A DNA stretch of 64,000 nucleotides, from the NCBI RefSeq assembly GCF_009914755.1, contig NC_060938.1; one strand, written 5' to 3'. Below the pieces are notes generated by a model. It saw nothing but the letters and a program-made list of their open reading frames with translations, ran no database searches and had not been told where the DNA came from. The position numbers and the translations under genes are program-made. This stretch comes from the human T2T-CHM13v2.0 reference genome, Homo sapiens. Shown here in pieces: positions 1 through 14,830 of the stretch (the stretch's first letter is position 1; every line of letters starts with the position of its first letter).

Positions 1-89
1 TAAGAGGCCAATGAGTGCCTAACAACTTGTCCCATTCCTCCTCAAAGTCCCATCCAATTATTTTTGCCTGCAGATATTGGGAAATATAA

Positions 90-1120
<1,031 letters not shown>

Positions 1121-1229
1121 GAAGAAAATATAATTTCTAAGTTAGGCACATTGCTCCTTCCGATAATGTAGAGGTTATGTTAGTAAGAAGTGGCGAGTGG
1201 ATCTTGGGAGGAAAGAATTTTTTTTAGTA

Positions 1230-1620
1230 CCTAATAATACAATTCCCGAAACATAGAAAACAAGAGCTCGGCAAAACCACCACAAAAAAGGGACAAATCC
1301 TCAACACAAGCAAGAATCTCTAACACACTTGGCTCAGAAAATGACAGAACCGTCATAACACAAGTAAAACATATGATAGGACTGAATATCACTATTGAGA
1401 CGCTGATGTACAGCGCATATACCAGGATGTGCAGGTAGTGTAACTGATAGATGCAGGAATGTGTACTATATGCTCTTTTTAAGTATGCATGGAAGAGTTA
1501 TAGAAATTGATCCTGTACTAAGTCTAATCCTCCTCCCTCCTCCCAAAACGGGCATCATACAAACCATGGTCACAGCACAACTAGAAATCAACGACAACAA
1601 AATAACCAAAAAGCAAGGAA
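1230..1620 (+). mobile_element. Degraded L1 ORF2 (endonuclease-region) fragment
   Basis: A-rich; resembles L1 text (ctctttttaagtatgcatggaa; aactagaaatcaac). Confidence 0.4.
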
Positions 1621-1844
1621 ACTGCTATTGAGTGAGAAAATGCTGTGTCTGCAAGCACCAGAGGAGGATAAAGGGTGGTGGGGAACTGGGACTGCAACAG
1701 CAGCCTGTGCCCACCACCCCACATCATCTGTCTCAAGTCAAGTTTCATTCTCTGACCACCTCTGGGTTTCTATTTGGGGTTAGTTCTTGTTTTTATAAAT
1801 GACAAAGGAGGATGTGCATGTAACAATTCCAGCTGGCTAAATCT

Positions 1845-2287
1845 TTTTGTTTTTTTTTTAGTTTTTAAGTTTATTTTTTAATTTTTATTTTTTGTGGGTA
1901 CATAGTAGGTATATATATTTATGGGATACATGAGATGTTTTGATACAGGCATGCAATGTGAAATAAGCAGTATCCATCCCATCAAGCATTTCTCCTTTGT
2001 GTTATAAACAATTCAATTACTCTCTTTTAGTTATTTTTAAATGTACAATTCAGTTATTACAGACTGTAGTCACCCTGTTATGCTATGAAACAGTAGGTCT
2101 TATTCATTCTAACTACTTTTCGTACACATCAACCATCCCCATCTCCTCCCCAGCCCCCGACTACTCTTCCCAGCCTCTGGTAACCGTCCTTCTACTCTCT
2201 ATGTCCATGAGTTCAATTGTTTTGATTTTTAGATCCCACAAATAAGTGGGAATATGCAATGTTCTGTGCCTGGCTTATTTCACTTAT
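1845..2287 (-). mobile_element. L1MA 3' end
   Basis: T-rich tail then gtgggtacatagtaggtatatatatttatggg...tttgatacaggcatgcaatgtg, characteristic of L1MA2-4. Confidence 0.85.
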
Positions 2288-2339
2288 TCAGAAAGACAGC
2301 TGAGTGTCCTCTACACCCTTGCCCAAGCAACTGCTAGCT

Positions 2340-2341
2340 AT

Positions 2342-2380
<39 letters not shown>

Positions 2381-2590
2381 TTCATATATTCATATTTATT
2401 TTTCTTTCCTTCCTTCCTTCTATGTTCTTTTTTCTTTTTCCCTTCTTCCTTTCTTTCTTCCTTCCTTCCTTCCTTTTTCTTTCTTTCTTTCTTCCTTTCT
2501 CTGTCTCTCCCTCCCTCCCTCTCTCCTTCCTTCCTTCCTTCTTTCCTTCCTTCCTTCTCTCTCTCTCTCTCCTTCTTTCTCTTTTTTCTT
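2340..2590 (+). repeat. (TTTA)n followed by (TTCC)n/(TC)n polypyrimidine tract
   Basis: Read directly. Confidence 0.95.
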
Positions 2591-3463
2591 GTTTTCATTC
2601 TTCCTAGAATGAAGATTCTATTACTGAAGAAGCCACCACTTGCAACCCTGAGACAACCACGAGCAGAAGCTACTCAGATCCAGACCACAGGCTGTTTTTG
2701 TAAAGGCTGTCAGCTAAAATAGTTTCTACATTTTTAAAGGGCTCTGAAAGTTCATAACTTATACATTAGTCCTTTTATCAACAAGTAGCACTGTTGTCCC
2801 TTTTTCCCTTTTAATTCTCTTTTTTGGATGTTAATAATTGACACACCAGCCTTCTTTAGGTGAAAGTTTTGCTTGGATATCTCTTTCCATCCATTTTCAA
2901 TCCTCGGAGTTATTTGTTTATATGTGTTTCCTATAAAGAGCATTTTGCCATATTTTAGTAGGTCTGGTTTTGATGAGTTTAACTTGTTTTATATTGGAAT
3001 TATTAAAATTTTGGATTTATTTCTGCCTTCTTCATGTTTTCTACTCTACTTTCCCTTTTTTAAATATTTCCTCTTTCTTTCTGTTAGATGATTGAAATTT
3101 CATTTAAGAGGTTTTTTTTTATTTCTACTCATTTGGAAATTATGCATTTTCTTTATTTATTAATGGCTGTCAAAAAATTTAAATCACCTATTAAGTGCTT
3201 TTTCTGGAAGGCAGAGCTATCGTCAGTGTCTTGGCATCTTCCTGAGCAAGACAATCTGCAGAGTCCACTGCCTCCAAATAACTCTCCTCCCCATTTCATT
3301 GTTGTCTAAAATTTAGCTCCAGCTTGTTTTTACATTTTATTTTTATTAATCACTATTACATCATGTATCAAATAATAGACTCAATAAAAATTATTTACTT
3401 TCATTTTTAGCATCTAATTCCTTTCTCCTGGGTTCATATTTCTTTTTGCTAAAGTACATCCTT

Positions 3464-3795
3464 CAGGATTGGCAATTTTCTGGTTAAGGGCTAGATAATA
3501 AATAGTGCAAGTTTTGCCAAACATTTGGCATCTGTCGCAGCTTCTCAGCTCTGCCCTTGTATCAGGAAAGCAGCCACAGGCAACGGGGAAGCCAGAGGGC
3601 ATGCTTATGTTCCAACAGAACTTTACTTATTGACACCAAAATTTGAATTTTATGTAACTTTCATTTGTCAGAAAATGTTAATACTTATTTGATTTCATTT
3701 CAATCATTTAAAAAATTAAATCCATTTTTAACCCACAGACCATACAAAAACAGGTGCTGGCTGGATTTTGCCCACGGGCCATGGTTTGACGATGG
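3464..3795 (+). mobile_element. MER58B (hAT-Charlie)
   Basis: caggattggcaa...aagggctagataataaata start; cagctctgcccttgta...aaagcagcc; ggctggattttgcccacgggccatggtttg end. Confidence 0.85.
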
Positions 3796-4030
3796 CTTTA
3801 GGTTGTGTTGTTCTTCCAGAGAGCGTCTGTGGTAATGTGCTGGTTTGTCTATGTCTTTAAATTTCTTTATTTTATATTATACTTACTCTTGGAAACTACC
3901 TGGAATGAGTAAAGTATTTATGACAGAAAACTGTTTTCTCTTTGAATATATTACTTAATTATTCTTCTGGCATCTAATATTCCTGATGAGAAAATGATGT
4001 TAATGTTCATTTTCATTCCTTTGCAGAAAA

Positions 4031-4327
4031 TGTGTGTGTGTGTCTGTGTGTATCTGTGTGTGTTTGTGCGTGTGTTTCTGTGTATGTTGCGTGTGTCTGT
4101 GTGTATCTGTGTGTATCTGTGTGTGTGTCTGTGTGTAGCTGTGTTTCTGTGTGTATCTGTGTGTGTATGTGTGTGTCTGTGTGTATCTGTGTGTGTCTGT
4201 GTGTGTGTGTTTGTGTGTGTATGTGTGTGTCTGTATCTGTGTGTGTATCTATGTGTGTGTGTCTGTGTGTATCTGTGTGTGTGTGTCTGTGTGTGTCTGT
4301 GTGTATCTGTGTATGTGTGTGTGTGTG
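4031..4327 (+). repeat. Compound (TG)n/(TGTGTATC/TGTC) microsatellite, about 300 bp
   Basis: Read directly. Confidence 0.95.
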
Positions 4328-4346
4328 TTTTAATTTTCTCTCATAG

Positions 4347-4945
<599 letters not shown>

Positions 4946-5243
4946 TTATATATGGAATTTATCACTGCCTTCCCTAACTTTCTGTTATTATTTCAAGACT
5001 TCTTTTCCTCCAGAGCCTTCTTTCCTCCTGCCATGGTTGCTTTCTCTCCTTTCTTTCAGGATATTAAAAAATGTTTCACGTGTCTTTTCAGATTCTCTAA
5101 GTTCCCTTCTTTTCACCAGTTATATAGTCCTCTGTGCTGTGTTTTTGTTTGTCTCACTTGGGCTCTGTCTTCCTCCAGTGTTGTGTAATTCTTAGTTGTG
5201 AGGTCATCACCACCCTGGGTGATTTCCTTTCTTTGAATTCCAG

Positions 5244-5425
5244 GAACCCCCAAGATGCATTATCATGGCTGTAAACACAGGTTCTGCACGTGTCTAAGTT
5301 CAGCCCCAAACCCACATGAAGAACTTATTTCCAGACAGCTCCTACTCTTATGGTGGCTCCAGACCCTGCCCCATGCAGAAGGCACTTCTCAAGTTCCAGG
5401 ACCAGGGCTTCAGCCACAGCACTCG
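5244..5425 (+). other. Candidate upstream non-coding exon of the C14orf177 transcript
   Basis: Pyrimidine-rich acceptor atttcctttctttgaattccag (ends 5243) and possible donor tcg|gtaggc; no transcript evidence available. Confidence 0.25.
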
Positions 5426-6422
5426 GTAGGCAGACACAGAGCTGTTACAGACTCTAGAAATGAGTGGGGGGTAGATTTTCAGTCCCCACTGCAGGTTTGC
5501 GGTCCTTTGCCACACCTAGATTGCCAGATGTGGTCCCCTGCCCCTCCTAGGACCTGAAACCCTCGACACAGCCTTGTGCATGGCTCTCAGCTCTTTTCCC
5601 GGCACCCTCTTGGGCCCTAGTGATTCAGCCCCTAGTAACCATCCCAAGCACCCTCCTTTTCAGGAAATATTTCCATTTCTGGTATCTGTAGATTGCCCAT
5701 TCTTGTTTCAGGGCCCTGCTATGTAATTAGTATGGCTTACTAATATTATTCCTATCTTCCTTATGTGTTCAGAGAAGTGGGGGAAAGTTGTAGTATTTAT
5801 TTGGTGCACCATTCTAAACTAAAATTCTCACTGCTTTTTGAATACAATGGAGTAATCATATCCATCTCTCAAGATGGCTTTAAGAACCATATGAGATAAA
5901 TGCTTTGGAATCCATAAAGTGTCTAAAATATAACAAATATTCATTATTCCGTTTTACATTGCAGCAAAACCCCACAGATACAGTGCCAATGACAGAAATT
6001 AAGATTAACTGGGGGCGACACAGATTTCTGTGAATGCCAGTGCTGTCAGATGCTTCCTGATAGTACTTTCTAGAGTAAAAGAACTTCGGGAAAAGTAAAA
6101 GCAGCAAATGGTAACACCCTCATGGAGATCTCAGGTACATACCCGTGCATTACAGGATGCAAGAGGCCCTGCTATAAAGGCACTAACCTTACTTTGTTTA
6201 GTCATATTTCCAAAACACATTGATCATGAAAGCCTCTTTATGATGTGCAAGAATGAGCAAATCGGGGACTTATTAAAGAGTCTTGATTTTCTGAAAGACT
6301 GAATTATAGAAGAGTTCTAAATGGGGCTTTACTGAGGCACAATACAAGCGATAGACCTCACTCAAAGGCAGTCTCAAAATATCATATGAAGTGGTATATT
6401 GAAATAATTGCAATCCAAAATA

Positions 6423-6500
6423 TTAGGTTGGTGCAAAAGTAATTGTGGTTTTCACCATTAAAAGAATGGCAAAATCACGATTACTTTTGCACCAACCTAG
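6423..6500. mobile_element. MADE1 MITE (Hsmar1-derived palindrome)
   Basis: ttaggttggtgcaaaagtaatt...ttacttttgcaccaacctag with TA at 6421-6422 and 6501-6502. Confidence 0.95.
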
Positions 6501-6842
6501 TAGCTCACTTTATTTAATAATGCGTCATAAGTAAGAACTTGTTTTACACTTAGGAATGACTTGAAGAATCAGTAAGTTGAAAGCCTACTATGGGAATTCT
6601 TATTGAGACTAGGGCCCTAAGATGAGCTACGTAGAATGAGCTAGTATTATAGATATGAGTATGAATAGTAATTCCAACTTCACTTAGCCTCAGTGTTATC
6701 TTCTATAAAATGAGAATGATTTTATTCTCACATACCAACCACTATGGCAAGTCACAAATATTTGGTCACTGAATAAATAAATGCATGTTTCCTTTTGCTG
6801 TGGCCACAGCACCCACCCCAGTGTAAAGAGTCTATTGAATGT

Positions 6843-7155
<313 letters not shown>

Positions 7156-7165
7156 AAAAAGAATC

Positions 7166-7555
<390 letters not shown>

Positions 7556-7853
7556 CTAAACCCATATTATGCCTTAAATCATACTAACAATTCTAGCTGA
7601 TCTACCACAGATTTTTACAGCTAGAAGTAATCTAATGGGTCACTTAATTAAAGCCCCTAAATTTTGGATAAAGAGCCTGAGGTTCAGCGACAACCTAGGA
7701 CTTGTTACAGGCGGTGGCAGGTGACAATGAGAACCTCATCTTGCTGGCTCCCCACCTAATGATTTTGCAGGACTCCACGATGCCTCTCTTTGGGTGAAAC
7801 AAAAGTTTATTCGAGTTCAGGCAAGAAATCTAGGGTTTGAAAAAGGCAAGAGT

Positions 7854-8187
<334 letters not shown>

Positions 8188-8711
8188 TTAAAACACAAAA
8201 GAGAAGCATGAATCATATTCCACCTTTATTTACAACATCTTGTGTCTTCCAATTTCTACAAATAATTGAGAGTTCTGCAGCATTGAGAATGGTCAGCAAA
8301 AAGGGCAAATTTTTGCTCCATATCAAATGCTGCTGCCCCTTAACTAGGTGCCTGTCTGGAAGGCTGGCCCAGGAGTTCCCCACGCTGGTCCCAAGGAGGG
8401 GCACAAGCTCAGGGTTTGTTTCTGCCACCTGGAAGGCAATCGTCAGAGCCTGCCATGTGTGCATGTGGATGCCTCTGTGTATTTTTAGAACGTTTTTAAA
8501 AGGGAGGCAGCCAAAATATTTTTACTACACAGCAGGCACTGTTTCATGTTGGAGTGTTGGAAAGAAAAGCAAGAGAAAGAAAAGACAGGGAGGAGAAGAT
8601 TTAAGACCAGCGCACAGATTGAAATGGTTAATGCCTTCTAGGGCTGCAGAACAAGCACTTTGAGTGCTGAAGACTTCTCCCATCTCCACATCCCTAACTG
8701 TCCCCATGCAG

Positions 8712-8773
8712 ATTCCAGGATCCACACATCAGAGGCATCTGCCACTGAGCTGGGTGTGAAATCTGAAGACCAG
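8712..8773 (+). other. Candidate 62-nt non-coding exon
   Basis: Branch-like ctaac at 8694-8698, acceptor ccccatgcag (ends 8711), donor cag|gtaggg at 8774. Confidence 0.3.
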
Positions 8774-9307
8774 GTAGGGCTCAAATGCAAGACGATACTG
8801 GGAAGAGCATTTCAACCAAGGCAGGGGGAGAGCAAAGCCATGCGGCATGTGGGTTGGAATGTCATGTGGAAAGTCACAAGGGATGAGGTTTGGAAAGCAA
8901 ACCGGGTCTCAGCTGGGGACAGACTCTAAAGCAGGCTCTGGGGTGTGGACACTGCCCATGGACAAAACAGTTATGATGAAATTTCATATTTTGAATAGCT
9001 CTGTGTATCTCAGAGTGCATTTTCATACCTCAAAGTCATTAGGTCCCCAAATAACCTCCTGGGTTTGCCCTGTTAACTCTATTGCACAGAGGAAGAGACT
9101 GAGGTTCAAGAGGATCACACAGCTAATAAGTATCAGAGTTGGGAATTGAATCCAGATCTTCTTAGACTACCTTCAGGGTGCCTTTTTTGCACACAGGGTG
9201 GCTTAAAGATTTTTAAGCAGGGTAGAGACAGGATGTGAGACCTTGGGTGGAATCAGGGTGAGACATTGAGGCTGGGCGAGAAGGTCAATATGAAGAATCG
9301 TCTAGAG

Positions 9308-9493
9308 CAGGCATCTGCAAACAGTATCTGTAAAGGGCTTTGCAGTTGGTCGTTGTTGCATATTCTTCTTTATTTTTGTCATGTGGTTGGTTTTTAACAA
9401 CTCTTTAGAAATGTAGAAATATTCTTAGCTCAAGGGCTATGAAAACAGACTAAGGGCTGGATTTGACCACAGGCTGTCATGTGCTGACCCCTG
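9308..9493 (+). mobile_element. MER58 (C-like) hAT MITE
   Basis: caggcatctgcaaac...tgctgacccctg termini; 8-bp TSD gtctagag/ctctagag. Confidence 0.85.
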
Positions 9494-9832
9494 CTCTAGA
9501 GCCTGGATGTAGGCAGCCATTCAGAAGGCTGTCAAATTACCCCACGTGAGGAGCAGGAAGGGCCCAGGCTGAGATGGAGAAGAAAGATCGAGAGCCCATT
9601 CTACAAGGAGCCTGCACGAGTTAGGGGCTGGTGGGGAGGTGCAGCAGGTGAGGGGCCCTTGGAGGAGCCGGTCCCTCCACAGTGCCTGCAACAGGCTGGG
9701 GGCCCAGCCCAACACTAGCTCCTCACTGAGCACCCCCTCCATGTCTTTCTTAACCAGGGTGTAGAGGCAAGCACTGAAGGCCCATGATCAGCCGTGGGAG
9801 CCACGGGAATCAATTGCTTCCAGTACGACTGG

Positions 9833-10031
9833 ATGCATCGGAAAGAGCCTGGGGCAAGGCTGGAGGCCACAAGAGGAGCTGCCAGGCCACATAAGCAGGG
9901 AACAAAGCCGATGATCACACGCCCATCAGTGAGCCAACTTGGTGAAGGGAAATGCCCAAGTTCTCAGCACCTGCAGAGCCTAAGACATAACAAGCAGCAT
10001 GCCCTGACGCTCACCAAGGCCAGGTGCTGTG
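9833..10031 (+). CDS. C14orf177: Putative 125-aa protein, coding exon A (MHRKEPGARL...KARCCG); exon probably starts at 9758
   Basis: Acceptor tctttcttaaccag ends 9757; ATG at 9833; donor G|GTAAGT at 10032; phase 1 matches the next exon; spliced peptide recalled as C14orf177/LINC02914 (memory, unverified). Translation is doubtful. Confidence 0.7.
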
Positions 10032-10736
10032 GTAAGTATTTCCCATACATTGCCTTGCTTGTTAAAATTTCACTGTATTCCTACATGGGACTAACTATGG
10101 CTTAGAAAGGCAACCACTGTGGTAGAGAGTGACAGAGACTTGCCAACTCTGCTGTCCCACAGCCTTTTCCCAGGAGTGGAGCCTCGGACAACAGGCTTAC
10201 TCCACCCAGCCTCCTTTTCTGCCCCTGTAAAATCAAGACCATCATTGCAAAGTGAGGGAAAGGGGAAGAGTCAGCCAAACACTCCAACCAGCACCTGGCA
10301 CCAGGTACATGATTGACGTTTGCAAGGATGTCATCGGGGTTCTTGTCCCGTATCACACAGCTAGCAAAGAGTAGAGCCACGACCTGAATCCTGATAAATC
10401 ATTAATTGATCATAGGAAAAAAATGGACAATTCTAGGTTTCTAGATTTCCTCTATGGAAAATGAAGCTATGAGTCCTTTTGATCTTCAAGAGAGGATAAA
10501 ATGAGATAAGCATTTGATAGAGCAATTTACCATAGCAAGGAGTGCTTCTGCCTGGTTCAAAGATGACTGTAGCATGTACCTGGGGGCAGGAGTGAGGTCA
10601 CTGTCAGAGAGGAGCTGGCCCCTACGGATGCTAGAGGCAATGTGCACTTGGCAGAGAGGGAGGCGGGGAGGACGGTGAATATCCACAAGAGGCTTCCCTG
10701 TGTCCAGCACCAATGCATGTTTCAATCCCCCTCCAG

Positions 10737-10915
10737 GTGAGTGCTCTACCTGTTTCTGTACAGAAGAGAAATCAGAATGCCAGAGACATGAAGAAACTTC
10801 TCCAGGGTCATGTAATCACCAAATAATGTCTGCTTCGACCATCTCTGCATTTTGTGCTACACCAAGATTTAAGCAGCTGTTCAAAGGAACTGTAGAACAG
10901 ATGTCACAGATGTAA
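10737..10915 (+). CDS. C14orf177: Putative 125-aa protein, coding exon B (ECSTCF...EQMSQM*)
   Basis: Acceptor ttcaatccccctccag ends 10736; 199+179=378 nt = 125 aa + TAA. Confidence 0.7.
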
Positions 10916-11599
10916 CTATTCTTGAAAGGAAGTCAGATTTCATAGATGGAAAGACTGCCCTTTTCCATTTGCCTCCTCCAGACCCATAACTTTGGATAGG
11001 GGGGTTTTATTGTCCGTGAGGCTTATGCATATGTCAGAAGAATGTCCAAGCAGAGGAATCTAAGTGGCAGACCCCCCAGGATAGGAAAGAAGAAGGACGC
11101 TCGTGCTGACACTTCCAGAACACTCTTCACGTTTTGTGACATATGTGCTTGTCGAGTGATCTTAAGACAGCTGGATGTCCGAACCATGCAGTAATAGCAG
11201 AGAACCCGCGGAAGGAGAAGCTTCCCAGGACGTTCTGAGGGCTTATGCCGGGTGCAGGCTTTCCTTCCCGCAACATCCCTGAGTCCAGAGAAGAAATAAT
11301 CCCCTGCCCTGTGGGCCAAGCACTTACAGCAACAGCACTTTGAGTTTGCTGTGCTTAGATTCACTTGTGGAACTTGTTAAAAATATAAAATTCCAGACCC
11401 CACCTCCCAGGAATTCCCCAACTTTGCGTTTTTCTAAGGCTTACTGCCCAAGTGATTTGGAGCACATTTGAAGAGACATTGTCTCGGGACTCCATCGCAT
11501 CCTAGAACTCATTAAACAATTGCAAGTGCCTAAAGAGCTCCTAAGAAAGAGTGGGGGGTGGTGTGGAAGTGTAGAACAAAGGGATGTATCAAGGGTAGG

Positions 11600-12860
11600 A
11601 AGTCGCAGAAACATCTTATGAGAAGGTCTCATTTCAGCTGACTCCTGAGCCAGGAACTGGGAACAGTCAGGGGAGAGTCTTCCAGGCAGTGGAGAGTCTG
11701 GTCCAGCGCAGGTTTGGAAGCAAAGGGGATCACAGCATATTAGAGAACCTGAAGGAACATAAAGTCGACTGAGTGCGGTGGTAATCCCAGTGCTTTGGGA
11801 GGCCGAGGTGGGCGGATCACCTGAGGTCAGGAGTTCAAGACCTGCTGGGCCAAAATGGGGAAACTACGTCTCTACTAAAAATACAAAAATTAGCCAGGCA
11901 TGGTGTTGGGCACCTGTAATCCCAGGTACTCAGGAGCCTGACGCAGGGAGAATTGCTTGAACCTAAGAGGTGGAGGTTGCAGTGAGCTGAGATCGCACCA
12001 CTGCACTCCAGCCTGGGTGACAGAGCAAGACTCCATCTCCAAAGAAAAGAAAAAATATATATAAAGTCTAGTGTGGAAAGGGCAGGAAGAGAAACTGGAG
12101 ACATACCAGGGATGGAGGCAGGGGTCTGAACAGGGAGGCACCTTGGAAGCTGGTTAAGACATTGGATTCTATGCCGAAGTCCGTGGGAAGCCGCAGGAGT
12201 TTTGAGCAGGGGGATTACATGACCAGGCTTGTGTATTTAGTTATTCTCCATACTTTGTGGGATGTGGCTGGGGAAACGCGGCGTTCCACTGAAAGGCTTC
12301 CTGCCACAGTCACCCAGGTGAGAGAAGAGAGTGGTTTTAAATAGGATGGGCAGTAGAAACGGACAGAATAAACAGACATGAAGGTTATCTAGGAGGTAAA
12401 GTCCACGGGATGTGGGAGAAGTTTGTGTGCAGGAGAGGAAGGTGTCAACATGGCCTCTCAGCTATTTAACCTGTGCCGCAGTTATGTCACTGGGGACATT
12501 TACCCAGATGAGGAGTACAGGGGTAGACCAGGTGTGAGCACCACCAAGTCCAGACCAGGACCTCTCACTGCTGCCTCCTCCAAATCCTACAAAAGGCCCA
12601 GCACATGGGAGAGGCTGAACATGACTGTGAGAATGGTAAAGAAGAATCCAGAGATATGTGTAGGTAATGTTGCATTTGCGACCCCTGTGACATACCGTAG
12701 TGAAAATGTCAGGTGGAAGAGGTGTCTGGACAGGGGTACCTGGGTTACCTGTCTGTCCCAGAAGAGAGGGCTGGGGGGAGCTACAGGTCCCTTGGAGTCA
12801 TCAGGATACATAGACGGTAACCTAAACCATGGAAGCACTTGAGATAATGAGGGAGTGTTT
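11600..12860 (-). mobile_element. L2 remnant (interrupted by an Alu)
   Basis: Purine-rich antisense L2 text (ttttgagcaggggga...atgacc; caggtgagagaagagagtggttt; ctaggaggtaaagtccac). Confidence 0.65.
11767..12060 (+). mobile_element. AluS (Sx-like) with a small deletion near the 5' end
   Basis: ggatcacctgaggtcaggagttc; TSD ataaagtc. Confidence 0.92.
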
Positions 12861-13261
12861 TGACTAAACTGTAGAGAGGAAGGGAAAAGAAGGGGAGGAG
12901 AAGGAAGAGGAAAGGAGGGGAGAGGAGGCCAGGGAAGGGAGGAGAAGAGAGCATAGACTCAGAGTTGAAAAAGCCAGAGATGGAGAATAAGCCTGGGAGG
13001 GAACAGAGAGTAAACAAACCAAATTCAAGGTGAGACTGGATCTTGGGACCCAAGAGAAGCCCAATTATCAGAACTGGACTCCATATCAAGATAAACCACA
13101 AAAAACTCTGTCAAGTTTGCATCTGGATGAAGCTACTATTTATTATAGAGCATCATCTACATTTTCCCTTAACTTTGCACATTGGAAAGGGCTAAGGGTA
13201 ATTTATAGACGACCTACATGGTGCCAGGCACTTTAATAAATGTTATCTGTAAGTGAAACTT

Positions 13262-13445
13262 TGCAAGCCACTGTGCTAAGCATTTCACAACATTATCTGA
13301 TTTAATCCTCACAGTCCTCCTGTATGGTGGGTATTATTATCCTCACTTTTCAGAGAAGGATGCAAAATGCGAGAGCGTTTAAGAGACTTGCCCAAGCTCA
13401 CACAGCCGAGTGTTCCAGCCACAATTTCAACCTGGTTCCCCAGGT
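13262..13445 (-). mobile_element. MIR
   Basis: cactgtgctaagcatttc...tttaatcctcaca...attattatcctcacttttcaga...acttgcccaagctcacacagc. Confidence 0.85.
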
Positions 13446-14454
13446 CCTTCACAACATGTCTGTCTTTGCAAATGTTTGTGAACAATAGAAAAGGAAAAAT
13501 TTCCAATGATTAGAAAAAGAGAAACTCAACAGTGCAAAGGCAAAGTGTTCATTCTTTTGTGGATGAAGAAATGGAGCCTTCGAAAGCCCGTCCCTTTCTC
13601 CCACAGGTTGATATGAGCTCAGCCCTGCCAGGACCCCAAGTCTTCCTTCCTGGGCCTCTTCTGAGATCTGCATAATGCCTGCTCGGCTACCTGAGAGCTT
13701 TCTCTGCCTGATTTATGGGTGTGTTTCTTGTGCTTAGATCATAAATCTCCACCCCCAGGACATTTCAGTTCTGGTATTTATTGACCAAAGACATCTTGTG
13801 TTAAAAAATGTTTGAGATTTTGCCAGCTAATCACTATAGAATATTTAAGAAAACACCGTATCCTCTGGTAAATGAAATTCCACAAGTAGTTGATTTTGCT
13901 GCTGAGGCAAAATATCTTCCCTGTCTACTATTTTTCAACCTTGTTTTATTTTGTTTTGTTTTAATAGAACAGGCAGATTTTTCCTATGTGTCTCTTTACC
14001 TCCTCCCGAACTCATCAAGGGAGAACGGAGAAGAGGAATTGTCAAAAGACATTTCCCTTGGGGCCTAGAAGACTTTTTGATTCTTTTGAACCAGAACTTT
14101 TGGCCAAGTGCATCTCAGAAGCATTCAGGTGGCAAAACACCTGGAGAAGAACTGTGAAAGATAGATGCCTTCGATGTAAAAAAAAAAAAACCCAAAGATG
14201 TAAATGTGAGCCCAATCTGCTGCTGACGGCAGATTCTAGTATAGACAAGCTTAAGACTTTAAAGAACATTATTGGAGAAAACGTTCAGAAAACTCATCAA
14301 TAAGCTTTGCTTAGCATGAGCACATGTGTGTCCTTGTGCATGGCTGTGAAGACTTGGAAAATACTGTCAATGGTCCATGTTAATGATGCTTTATCCACTT
14401 TAAAGAAAAATAGTGTTTCTACCTGGAACATAGTTGATAACCATTGCTTTAGAT

Positions 14455-14830
14455 AAAGGTTTCAAAAATTCTCAAGGCTACAGGACTCAGGAAGGTAAGA
14501 GAGGTAGGGTTGGTATAAGAAAATACAGAAATCATTAAGAGTCACCCTAGGACTTTGGGGACTTGGAGAACAGGTGTCTCTTTTCAGAGACAGCCACCTA
14601 TTAGGTCCAGGGGTCTCCAACCCTGTTGACATGTGAACTCAAGCTTTGTCAGATCTTCTGGTCTCTCAGTAGAAGCAGAAAATTCTCATTTTAATGTGGC
14701 GAATCCAAATGTTAAATGTTTATTACTAATTACAAAAAAAAAAAAAAAAAAAAAAAAAAACAGTGTGAAGGCCAAACAAAACACATCTGCAAGCCAGACC
14801 TTACAGAGCCTACTGGCTCTGGCTGTGGCC
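14455..14830. mobile_element. hAT-Charlie remnant (MER103/MER102-like) containing an A27 run
   Basis: gccaaacaaaacacatctgcaagccaga terminal-region motif. Confidence 0.5.

Noticed and set aside
11090-11280. CpG island
   Set aside because: Only a short, modest CpG enrichment downstream of the stop codon; too small and sparse for an island
12423-12842. 139-aa ORF
   Set aside because: Lies in a decayed L2, starts at a non-ATG codon, no recognisable domain
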